Below, piece after piece: positions 53,327 to 64,000 of a stretch of 64,000 nucleotides of DNA. The notes beneath the pieces were generated by a model. The model saw only the letters and a program-made list of their open reading frames with translations, did not search any database and had not been told where the DNA came from. Source of the stretch: Squalus acanthias (taxonomy: Eukaryota); contig CM059431.1 in the NCBI GenBank assembly GCA_030390025.1, forward strand, positions 102,674,001 through 102,738,000, read 5' to 3'. Numbering within the stretch: position 1 is the stretch's first letter; each line of letters begins with the position of its first letter. The position numbers were made by a program, and so were the translations under genes.

Positions 53327-53702
53327 TTGGTCCCAAGGAAATAAATGATTTTAGTTTGAATCTAATTCCTACTCCATAGCAGAAACTGCCATAGTTCAAC
53401 ATAGTAAAATGAAACTGCTAGTTTAAATAAGGACAATAATTGTGAAAAATGTCACAGATGTACACATTTATGACAATGGTTGCGATTCACTCGGCAACTG
53501 GATGCAACTTATTGGCTGGGGACTGGTTCATGCTGGTACTGAGTGCAAAAAGTGGAAAAGTATTCTATTCTTCATTATTGCCATTTCTCACTTGGACAGT
53601 ACTCTCATCAAATTACACTTTTTTAATGCGTCCAGTTATGGATACCGAGTCACAAGGCAACCATTCAAGTCCTGAAGGCTGTGCATAAAAGTCCCACAAG
53701 AT

Positions 53703-53740
53703 AGGTCGCAGTATCAAAGGAAGGTCGCAGTATCAAAGGA
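53703..53740. repeat. 19-bp tandem duplication
   Basis: AGGTCGCAGTATCAAAGGA x2. Confidence 0.9.
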
Positions 53741-53839
53741 AGAGTTTTAAGAGGAAAAAAAGAACTTGCATTCATATAGTTCCTCAGTACATCTCTTAGA
53801 AACATCCCAAAGCATCTTGCATACAATTACTTTGAATTC

Positions 53840-54775
53840 AACAACAACTTGTATTTATAGAGCGCCTTTAACGTAGTAAAATGTCCCAAGGTGCTTCACA
53901 GGCGTATTATCAAACAAAATTTGACACCAAGCCACATAAGGAGATATTAGGGCAGATGAAAGAGGTAGGTTTTAAGGAGCGTCTTAAAGAAGGAAAGTGG
54001 TAGAGAGGCAGAGAGGATTAAGGAGGGAATTCCAGAGCTTAGGGCCTTGGCAGCTGAAGGCACGGCAACCAATGGTGGAGCGACTAAAATCAGGGATGCT
54101 CAAGAGGCCAGAATTTGAGGAGTCCAGAGATCTCTGAGGGTTGTGGGGCTGGAGGAGGTTACAGAGATAGGGAGGGGTGAGGCTATGGAGGGATTTGAAA
54201 ACAAGGATGAGAACTTTAAATCGAGGCGTTGCTTAACTGGGAGCCAATGTAGGTCAGAGAGCACAGGGGTGATGGGTGAACGGAACTTGGTGCGAGTTAG
54301 GACACGGGCAGCAGAGTTTTAGATGACCTCAACTTTATGGAGGGTAGAAAATGGGAGGCTGGCCAGGAGTGCTTTGGAATAGTCAAGTCTACAGGTAACA
54401 AACGCATGGATGAGGGTTTCAGCAGATGAGCTGAGGCAGGGGCGGAGTTGGGCAATGTTAGAGGTGGAAATAGGTGGACTTAGTGATGATGGTCGGAAGC
54501 TCAGCTCGGGGTCAAATACGACACCCAGGTTGCGAACAGTCTGGTTTATTCTCAGACAATTGCCAAGGAGAGGGATGGAATCGGTGCCTCGGGAACGGAG
54601 TTTGGGTTGGAGGAAATTTCTGCTGGACAAGCAGTCTGACAATTTAGAGACCGTGGAGGGGGGCGAGAGAGTGGTGGTGAGGTAGAGCTGGGTGTTGTCA
54701 GCGTACATGACTATGAAACGGACAGTGTTTTCGGATGATGTTGCCGAGGGGCAGCAAATAGATGAGAAATAGGAC
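53840..54775 (-). mobile_element. L2 LINE 3' portion
   Basis: MYADNTQLY, VRNLGVVFDPELSF, AETLIHAFVTCRLDYS. Confidence 0.92.
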
Positions 54776-54854
54776 TATTGTGTGGGTAAATATGACAGCA
54801 AATTTGTACACAGCAAAGTTCTGCAAACAGTAATTAAGTGAATGACCAGTTAAT

Positions 54855-55480
54855 CGAATTGAAAAGTAGGGAAGTTATGCTAAACTTGTATTGAACCTTG
54901 GTTAGACCACACTTATGAGTGCAGTTCTGGTCGCCATATTATAAAAAGGATATAGAGGCACTGGAGAGGAGGCAGAGCAGGTTTACAAGGATGATACCAG
55001 AAATGCAAGGTTATACATATCAGGAAAGGATGAACAGGCTGGGTCTCTTTTCTCTTGAAAAAAGGCTGAGGGGTGACCTAATAGAGGTCTTTAAAATTAT
55101 GAAAGGTTTTGATAGAGTGGATACAGGGAGAATGTTTCCACTTGTGGGGAAGAGCATAACTAGAGGACATCAATATAAGATCGTCACCAAGAAATCCAAT
55201 AGGGAATTTAGAAGAAACTTCTTTACCCAGAGAGTGGTGAGAATGTGGAACTTGCTACCACAAGAGTGGTTCAAGCGAATAGTATAGATACATTTAAGGG
55301 GAGGGTGGACAAGCATGAGTGAGAAGGGAATAGAGGGTTACGCTGATAGATTTAGATGAGGAAAGACGGGAGGAGGCTCGAGTGGAGCATAAACGCCAGC
55401 ATGGACTGGTTGGTATTTTGCTTTTGTTTTGGACATGTTGGGCTGTTTCTGTGCCGTATATCCGGTGTAATCCTATGTAA
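54855..55480 (+). mobile_element. CR1 LINE 3' portion
   Basis: QFWSPYYKKDIEALE...LRGDLIEVFKIMKGFDRV. Confidence 0.92.
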
Positions 55481-56282
55481 TCAGTTTTTAATGGCACTGG
55501 CTGTGGGAGGAATGGTGGCCAGGACAGCGGGAGAACTCATTATGTGGAAAAACAGGAAAGTTTGAGCTTTTCATCTTGGAAAGGAGGTATAGAAGTTAAA
55601 TGGTTAGAAGTAAACATAAACCTGGAACACTACTTCAAATCAAACAAGGACAGTGACAGCACTGCTCCAAACTAGTGAATAGCAAATCTTGGAATGATAT
55701 CAGAATAGGTGATCAACACACGGAACGGACTTCTGGGTAAGGTAATGGAAGAAATATCCCTGGAATCATTGAAGAGACCTGTGGATGCTGTGAAGGAGAG
55801 GACAGGGAGCAGGTTCTTGCTGAATGGACTGAACATCTATTTTTGTGGTCTTGTAATTAGCATAATAGTGTTAAGGCTTCTCAAACATGCGGTTGTCTCC
55901 TTTCAGATAAATATGGGCAACAAACTAATAACTTCAGCGTACAGAGTATGAAAACAGGCGAATTGTGCAATATTTTTTAGCGGCTGCGTTAGGAATAAGA
56001 GTGAATGAAAAGTTGTTTGCTGCACTGAAAGATCTTTCCCTGGATTAAATATAAACAGTTCTATTGAACTGAAAAAAATGTTTGCTGTCCAGATAGATAA
56101 GGACTTTAAAATAATACATTTCACTTAATCCTTAAAAACACACACACACATACAATAGGCAAGAGTTAACCTAAAGGCTGTGTTAAGGGGCTATTCCTGC
56201 AATATATCCCAACACTGCTATCACCTCTCTTTCTTGTCAAAAAGTCTATCATGCAACCCTTGAGCACCAAAGACTTAAGAGA

Positions 56283-57210
56283 TAGAATCATAGAATGGTT
56301 ACAGCGCAGAAGGAGGCCATTCGGCCCGTCGAGCTCGTGCCAGCTCTCTGCAAGAGCATTTCAGCTAGTCCCACTCCCCTGTCCTTACCCCGTAGCCATG
56401 CAAGTTTTTTTTTCTTTCAGGTACTTATCCAACTCCCTTTTGAAGGCCACGATAAAGTCTGCCTCCACCACCCTTTCAGGCAGTGCATTCTAGATCCTAA
56501 CCACTTGCTACGTAAATTTTTTTTCCTCTTGTTGCCTTTGGTTCTTTTGCCAATCACCTTGAATCTGTGTCCTCTGGTTCTCGACCCTTCTGCTAATGGG
56601 AACAGTTTCTCTCTATCTAGACCCCTCGTGATTTTGAATACCTCTATCAAATCTCCTCTCAACCTTCTCTGCTCTCCAAGGAGAACAACCCCAGCTTCTC
56701 CAATCTATCCACGTAACTGAAGTCCCTCATTCCTGGAACCATTCTCGTAATCTTTTCTGCACCCTCTCTAAGGCCTTCACATCCTTCCTAAAATGTGGTG
56801 CCCAGAATTGGACACAATACTCCAGTTGAGGCCGAACCAGTGTTTTAAAGATTCATCATAACTTCCTTGCTTTTGTACTCTATGCTTCTATTTATGAAGC
56901 CCAGTATCCCGTATGCTTTTTTAACCACTTTCTCAACCTGCCCTGCCACCTTCAATGATTTGTGCACATGTACCCCCAGGTCTCTCTGTTCATGCACCCC
57001 CTTTAGGATTGTACCCTTTAGTTTATATTGCCTCTCCTCGTTCTTTCTACCAAAATGTATCACTTCGCACTTTTCTGCGTTAAATTTCAACTGCCATGTG
57101 TCCACCCATTCCACCAGCCTGTCTATCTCCTCTTGAAGTTTATCACTATCCTCCTCGCTGTTCATTATGCTTCCAAGTTTTGTGTCATCTGCAAATTTTG
57201 AAAATGTTGA
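56283..57210 (-). mobile_element. CR1 LINE 3' portion
   Basis: SKFADDTKLG...WQLKFNAEKCEVIHFGRKN and an ATAGAATCATAGAA tail. Confidence 0.93.
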
Positions 57211-58159
57211 TGTAATACTTTCCACAGTTGCAAAAGAACATTTTGCAACATACTGTTACTGGAGAGTGTCTCAATTTCTGAGCGAAACGGTCTGGTCCCT
57301 GGACTTCAATATGACTCCTATCAAAACAGTTCTGTGATCAGCCAGCACAAGCGGAAGTCAATTAAGATCAGCTGTATTAGGTCATTATTTTCTAACCTTC
57401 TTCACATCTCACCCACCCCATCCAAAAAGCTTTACAAACCTGGCACAGTCCATTCCCCCCACAGCCATAGTAGTCAGATAACATGCAGTACCAACACAGA
57501 TTAGCAAAGAACTCTCGAACATTAGATAGCTTTTTGGACTCTAGGGGAATCGAGGGATATGGGGCTCGGGTGGGAAAGTGGAGTTGAAACTGGAGATCAG
57601 CCATGATCTTATTGAATGGAGGAGCAGGCTCGAGGGGGTGTATGGCACTGAAGACACTCAGGACAAGGTGACAGTGCAAAGGCTGAAAGGAGGAAAGAAG
57701 GGAGGATATTTCGCTGAGGAAGTCTGCATGGGGCCTTGAAGGGTAGACAACAATCTTTTTAGCACAAGTTTTTGCAAAGAGAAATAAAAAATAAGTATCT
57801 GTACTCTTGCAAATGTAACTGATAGGAGTGAATTATACAGGAGGATTTTAAATAGAAGCAGTCGTGTATGAGTACTAGATAGAATCTCTATTTTCAAAGA
57901 GGCTATAAGGTAAATATGTTAAAAACATCTGAACATTCTCATCTTGGCCCCAAAAGACATTATTGACATGTACCACTGGAGGGTACTTTAACACAATACT
58001 AATTTTCAATACACAGTTAAACTTTTGTTAAATTCTAATATGAATGCGTGTTACTAAGATACAGTTACAATGTCCAACGTTTCCAAAACAGATCAATCGA
58101 TTCTGTGTCACAAAATTAGAAACTGCATTATTGAAATGCTCGACGTTAAAATTCCTTAC

Positions 58160-58333
58160 CTTAAGGGAATCAAAGCATGCAATAACTCGCCCATTTTCAA
58201 CCTGACAGCTTTTTGGTGGATGTGCAAACTTGCATTCCTGGTCTGAACGTGAACATGTCCCTCTCTGAAACTGTCTGCACACTTCCAACGTCAGCCATTT
58301 TGTATCACGTACTGGAGTAACGTTTACAGCCAT
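58160..58333 (-). CDS. MBNL2: MBNL2-like first coding exon, coding part (174 nt; ZnF1 and start of ZnF2)
   Basis: [58 protein letters not shown], ending AAG|GTAAGG. CRQFQ/SRSD/HPPK are MBNL2-type residues (MBNL1 has CREFQ/SRPD/HPSK). Confidence 0.95.
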
Positions 58334-58995
58334 AATAAATCGTCGAAGTGAAACGTGGTTCAGAACAGCTTAATATATCAGGATTCTTGGGAAAAGAATG
58401 CAGCAGCCAACAGAATTAAAATCAAAAATATAGCTCTTTCTTTAAAATATAAAAATGCCTCTTAATGGTCATAAAAGCAGAAAATTACTTCATAAAATGC
58501 CGCTAGAGAATTGCTCTGCTTTGTGTTAGTCAACATTAAAACAGACAACTAGTCAGCAAGTGATCGGTCACCAGTTTGAGTTGTGGCGTTTTTACCCCTT
58601 CAAGTTGGTGCTTCGTCTGGCTGTTTAAAATGGATTTCTGCTGACGCCGCACTTTGTTGCTTTTAATAAAAAGTTATTTTGATGCAATCACACCCGTTGA
58701 TGAACACGATTAGTATTCAGAGTCACTTCCAGTTATTGATTTTACTGCATTCGGCACACTCAGCTCCCCGTGTGTTGCCTTAGTTCTTCCTGCAGTGGAC
58801 TGCTGTTCCAGTTTTTGTTGTTGTGGCCAGTTTAAGATGAGGCAGCAGCTACAGATGCAGAGGCGTTCTGTTTTCAGTTGCACGTTAGGCCAGACATTTG
58901 TCTAATTGGCAGCAAGCAAGCCTCAAAAGAGCAGATTGACCTAAAAGCAGTTCCAAGTAACACAGACTTCAGAAAAGGCACTTTTTATCACTGAC
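58334..58995 (-). other. MBNL2: 5' UTR part of the large ATG-containing exon (whole exon about 836 nt)
   Basis: Strong acceptor TTTTTGTTTTTTTGTTTTCCTCAACAG|G at 58996/58995. Vertebrate MBNL start exons have long 5' UTRs. The stretch has no recognisable transposons. Confidence 0.7.
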
Positions 58996-61900
58996 CTGTT
59001 GAGGAAAACAAAAAAACAAAAATCACGTTTTTGTACAGGAACTTTCACGCTACTTAAACCAGCACTGCTATATTGTACGAAGCTGTTGATCACTTTTAAC
59101 GTACTCGAGATGAGAACGGAAGCAGCACTAACAAGGCGGCATACTGCAGTCAGCCATGCTATTGCAGATTAAAAAAAAAAGGAGTTGGCTTTCCTCGTGA
59201 AACTATGCTTGATAGAGGGAACAGCCAATCACAACAAGTATTGCAGCAATATTCTGGGCAGTAGTCCAATAGTCTGATGTATCTCATAAATGGCTGAGTG
59301 TGCCAGATGACACTGTGCTCTCTATATTGAAAATGCCTCAACCCAATGCGACCAGCCCTAAATGCTACATGGGGTACTGTACGCCTGGTTTTGAATTGAT
59401 TGGGAACTCATCTCTACAGACTGCGTTTCTCAATGTGCACTTCTACTATTAACTCTATTGCTCCTATTCGTTCAGGAATAGTTTTTTTTTTAAATAAAGA
59501 AAAGGCAGTCATAACCTTCAGCTCCCTTATCTGGAAGAAATTGGACATACAGTAATTCAGTCAATGTTTCACTAACATCTGCGAACACTTACATCTACAG
59601 ACGCTGAGCAGTGAAAGGGAACCACAGAAGGTAATGACGGAATGGGGGTGGGGAAAGTAAACAACGCAGATTCTGTCAAACAGGCAGCAGCTATATTCTA
59701 CTTCCTTCATGATTTAACCCCGTGAATGCTAACTAAGAATGAGCACATCTAAATGTTAAATTTTGATCAAGACGAGAGCATTTCAGAGTGCTGAATTATT
59801 CATTCTAACAAGTGTAGTCTGGCTGATTTGAAAAATATGCACTTAAATTACAATTCAGTTTTGAAATGCTAGGTTCTGACTGGCGAGCTGAATGTTCTTT
59901 CAAACACAATTGCAGATGACCTCTATACAAGTGTCGGGACAGTCATATGACACACTAAGTATGGCGACAATGAAGCACAACAGAATTAAACTGCTATGAT
60001 TTCCAGACAATTCTCCAGTCAACATACTATTCACCAATAAGACTTGGAAAGTATGCTGTCCAGATCGATAATCCAATTTCCTGGTGGAACATTGCATTAT
60101 CGTTTAATTACCAGAGAATCGGTACGCGAAATATATTTCAGTGGCATGTGGCTCCAGCAATATTAACATTAGCCATCCATTATTTTAGTGGCTTGCTAAA
60201 ACTTTTTCTTTGCCAGCCGGAGGATCCAAACCAGATGCAATAACCAAAATTTTAACAATGTAGGACCGTGAAGAGGAGGAAATTGTGTCCAGTTCAATCG
60301 CGTTTTGGACAAAACCCAACAGCAAATATCTTAATAGTTAATGGGCATTTTTAGTATCAGTTTTCAAAATTAAATATTTTTTGCCTCGTGTAGCATGGTG
60401 GCTGATCTTTCAATAAGCTGCTGTGTGGAGTGGTTGTACATGAGCGTACACAAACTGTTCTCAGCAATCCAAGTTCCTTCCTCATCAGGGAGGATCATTA
60501 GGTCCTGAGAAACCTTGGGAGAGTTATCCAGGCTCGTCCTGGGCCACTAAATGAGATTAGCAAAGGTTACCCTTCCCATCCTCACAGCTTGGGAGTAGCA
60601 CATGAAGTGTGATGATGGAGAGAGGGGCGGTGCAGGGGCAGCTGAGGGTACTTGCATCTGACAAGCTCAATTTTTATAGAGAGTTTAACATTGGCGCCAA
60701 GCCATACAGAAATTTTTTGAGCTGAGAATCCGCAGGCATCAACTCATAAAAGGAGGCAAGCCTGACTTGTAAACTGAAAACTGAGAGGAGTGAAAGAATC
60801 ACTGGACTTGAATCAAACTTTTTATATTGCGCTGATCAAAGTCAATGTATTAGCCAGTGGCTTAAAATGCCACCGGGAGGAAGAAATCAAACATAGGTAC
60901 GACTAAATAATAATGCAGGACTTATAAACCAAACACATAACTTCAATTTAAGTCAGCTCTAAATTTAAAACAAATGCAATTTACAACTGAAATGCAAGTG
61001 AGCTGAAGCTGCGGTCAATTGATAAAGTACTACTAAAGCACATTCACTACTAATCATTGTTTAAATGTTATGGTTAAATGTTTAGGACTGTATTATGCCT
61101 AAAATATCACAAGGTAAGAATTTCACAAAACATTATATGGCAAAATTAATCATGCATACCTATTGTATTAAAATTCAAGAATTGGCTAAAAAGATGTTAA
61201 AAGCATAATATTTAAATTGAAATTAGAGGAAACATTAATAGGGCTAAATATGTATAAAAATAAGTGAAATACGAAAGGTAACAAACTTGTGAGTTATAGA
61301 GAGTGAAGAAAAATGTAAATCTGATGTTGTTGGTGATCGATTCATAGAATGTTACAGCACAAATGAGACCTCAGTCCATCAAGTCTGTGCTGCTATTTTT
61401 CTCTACAAACCACCTGGTCAATTTCCACTCTCCTGCTTACTTCTTTTATCCTTTAATATTACTCTTTTTCAAGAGACTTTCTCATTCATTTTTTAAAATG
61501 TATGAACTCTGCTTCAGAGATAATTTATGACAGACAATTCCACATTATAACCACCCTCTGTATTTTTTTTCCCCAACCAATTATGTTGAGATTATTTTTA
61601 ATTTGTGCCCCGTTACCATCTCAATGTGGTAGAAATCATTTAACACCATCATAAACTTTAATGATCTTGGAAGACCTGTGTCAGGTCAACCTCAACCTTA
61701 TCAGCGCTAGTGAGAAAATGCCCCTACTGCTACTGACTTTCTCGTTCACAACTCCAAAACTGGACATCTTTGTCCATCCATAAACTTTTATTTTTTCCCC
61801 CACAGGTTTGACTAATGTATGCATAAAGTAATTTTATAAGGAAAAAAAATTGATCTGGTAATAGGACAGTAAATGATGACATGACATGTTTCAACAGTTG

Positions 61901-62482
61901 GTCAGTGTTACCACTCAGGTATTCAATAAGTGAAAGAAAGCATCAAAACATGTAACATGATTTAAGTGAATGGTCATATTTCAGTATCAGCCACTAGTTA
62001 AATATTAACAGTTTTATCTGGAGTCGACTTTGGTATGCTCATAAGTGCAAATATCCTTGAAAGTGCATAAAGGTTTATTTATGTCTCCACACAAGTATAG
62101 AAATTATTTTTCTCTCGCAACCAGTACTGTAAAGTGTTTTGACATCTACTTTTTTTTTTTAAAAAGACACTTTGGCAGCAAAGTAATAAGCACAGTAAAT
62201 TATTTTTAGAGTCACAATACAGCATTTGGAACAAGGTCAAAACTTTTATTTGGAAGTTTTAAAAAATATCTTTCAATTTTTTTTTTACTGCACTCAATGT
62301 TTGATTAATCTACAGCCAGGAGTGGAAAAATCTGCTTTTACATTGCTGACTAAAGACCATTAAAATAAAGATTCATAGCCTGTTAGACTTTGCTGCTTCT
62401 GATCTCAATCGCTGCAAGGAACTGGGGAAAATATTGCACATTCGGAATACTGATGGTGGATTCAAACATTATTTTCCCCACT

Positions 62483-62520
62483 GCCTCCTGAACATTTTTT
62501 CGCCTCCTGAACATTTTTTC
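62483..62520. repeat. 19-bp tandem duplication
   Basis: GCCTCCTGAACATTTTTTC x2. Confidence 0.9.
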
Positions 62521-62879
62521 ACCTCCTCAATTTAATCCCCAGGCAGCCAGATAACTCTTGCATTTGAGAGCAGAGCATTTGATCGCCTGCATAATCCCTA
62601 CCACCATGTGCATCATTGGATATTTCTGCCAGGATGTGGTCTAGACAATTCCATCAAAACTGGCAAACATAGAAAGTTAGAATCTAAATGTTAGTTGCAA
62701 CTGGAGTCCAAAGCTCCAATGTTGCAACTCCTGGCTTAAACTAGCCTAAGAGTTTAAATTCATTTTCACTTTTGCAAATTTCCTCTTCACATATCTTACC
62801 TTCATGGCTTGCAAACAAAATAATACAAGTTTGCAACTTTAATTAATGTATGTAATTAATTGAGCATAAAAAAGTTTCC

Positions 62880-64000
62880 AAAAGACCGGAGGAGGTGGAC
62901 CTGTGTGGGAGCGGCAGCGGGACCTGAGAGAAGGCGGAGCGGCCATAAAAGAGCGCTGCAGAGGAGGCCCGACACCGGAGTGCTGCGAGTTGGGAAAGAG
63001 TCCGAGAGCGGGAGCAGTCAAACAACAACAACTGCAAAACCGCATAAGTGACGTCACAACCAGGGAAGGAGCTGATTGGTAAATAGGACCTGGTGAGTAT
63101 TTCTACAGTCCAGTCGTTGAAGTAAAAGTAAGGTTTCTAGTTTAGAGTAAGTAGTGTTTAAAGGGAAGCAATGTCCCTAGTGTATTTAATATTCTTTAAT
63201 TTAAAGGAAGTAAAGGGATTAATTAAGGGTAGGACATGGCAGGGCAGCTCGGCAGCGTGGAATGCTCCTCCTGTGCTATGTGGGAAGTCAGGGACACTTT
63301 CGGTGTCCACATGTGCGAACACATGTGCAAGAAGTGTCTCCAGCTGCAGCTACTCGAAATCCACGTTTCGGCGCTGGAGCTGCGGCTGGAGTCACTGTGG
63401 AGCATCTGCGAAGCTGAGATCTTCATGGATAGCACGTTTAACAAGGTGGTCACACCGCAGGTAAAGAGCGCACAGGCAGACAAGGAATGGGTGACCGCAA
63501 GACAGAGTAAAAGAACTAGGAAGGTAGTGCAGGAGTCCCCTGGGTCCATCTCCCTCTCCAACAGATTTTCCGTTTTGGATACTGCTGGGGGAGATGGTTT
63601 CTCAGGGGAATGCAGCAAGAGCCAAGTCCGTGGCACTACAAGTGGCTCAGCTGCACAGGAGGGGAGGAAAAAGAATGGGAGAGCAATAGTGATAGGGGAT
63701 TCTACTGTAAGGGGAACAGATAGACGTTTCTGTGGCCGCAGATGTGACTCCAGGATGGTATGTCACCTCCCTGGTGCCAGGATCAAGGATGTCACTGAAC
63801 GGCTGCAGGACATTCTGAAGGGGGAGGGCGAACAGTCAGAGGTTGTGGTTCACATTGGTACCAACGACATAGGTAGAAAGAGGGATGAAGTCCTGCAACA
63901 AGAATTTAGGGAGCTAGGTAGCAGATTAAAAAGCAGGACCTCAAAGGTTGTAATCTCTGGATTACTCCCGGTGCCACGTGCTAGTGAGTATAGGAATAGG
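62880..64000 (+). mobile_element. 5' end of a young CR1 LINE (5' UTR and ORF1), running off the window
   Basis: GC-rich 5' UTR with GTGACGTCAC and GCTGATTGG, shared with the 36-40 kb element. Confidence 0.9.
63236..64000 (+). CDS. CR1 ORF1p (zinc finger, coiled coil, SGNH esterase), partial
   Basis: Open for 255 codons to the window edge: MAGQLGSVECSSCAMWE...CKKC...AIVIGDSTVRG...VVVHIGTNDI. Confidence 0.88.
   Translation, partial: MAGQLGSVECSSCAMWEVRDTFGVHMCEHMCKKCLQLQLLEIHVSALELRLESLWSICEAEIFMDSTFNKVVTPQVKSAQADKEWVTARQSKRTRKVVQESPGSISLSNRFSVLDTAGGDGFSGECSKSQVRGTTSGSAAQEGRKKNGRAIVIGDSTVRGTDRRFCGRRCDSRMVCHLPGARIKDVTERLQDILKGEGEQSEVVVHIGTNDIGRKRDEVLQQEFRELGSRLKSRTSKVVISGLLPVPRASEYRNR

Noticed and set aside
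6075..58333. Assignment as MBNL1 or MBNL3
   Set aside because: Residues CRQFQ, GETDC, QHQANQ, AFPPG and EKSNGTS fit MBNL2 better. Synteny or a phylogeny would be needed for certainty.
1..64000. CRISPR arrays, operons or prokaryotic defence systems
   Set aside because: Eukaryotic intron-exon locus. The short direct repeats are simple duplications or TSDs, and all RT and recombinase fragments belong to eukaryotic retroelements.

Overview
Vertebrate genomic DNA, most likely from a cartilaginous fish (elasmobranch-type CR1 LINEs, an HE1-like SINE and a Deu-domain SINE). The window holds most of a muscleblind-like gene on the minus strand, best matching MBNL2. Eight coding exons can be read directly with GT-AG boundaries and consistent phase: 58333-58160, 28075-27911, 26007-25804, 22197-21934, 11618-11565 (54 nt cassette), 10862-10712, 7292-7254 (39 nt cassette) and 6169-6075 (95 nt cassette). 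Together they give 382 codons with four CCCH zinc fingers. I could not confidently identify the first non-coding exon or the stop-containing exon. The introns are filled with CR1, L2 and RTE LINEs, SINEs, MITEs, Penelope-like fragments with hammerhead-type cores, a decayed DIRS1-like tyrosine recombinase and a possible Harbinger relic. The most interesting structure is at the RNA level: long AG-exclusion zones rich in YGCY/UGCAUG motifs before the cassette exons, inverted transposon pairs bracketing exons, a predicted circRNA-encoded peptide, and a Penelope palindrome whose apex is replaced by an internal LINE fragment. I see no wholly new gene system. Family assignments come from recalled motifs, not database searches.
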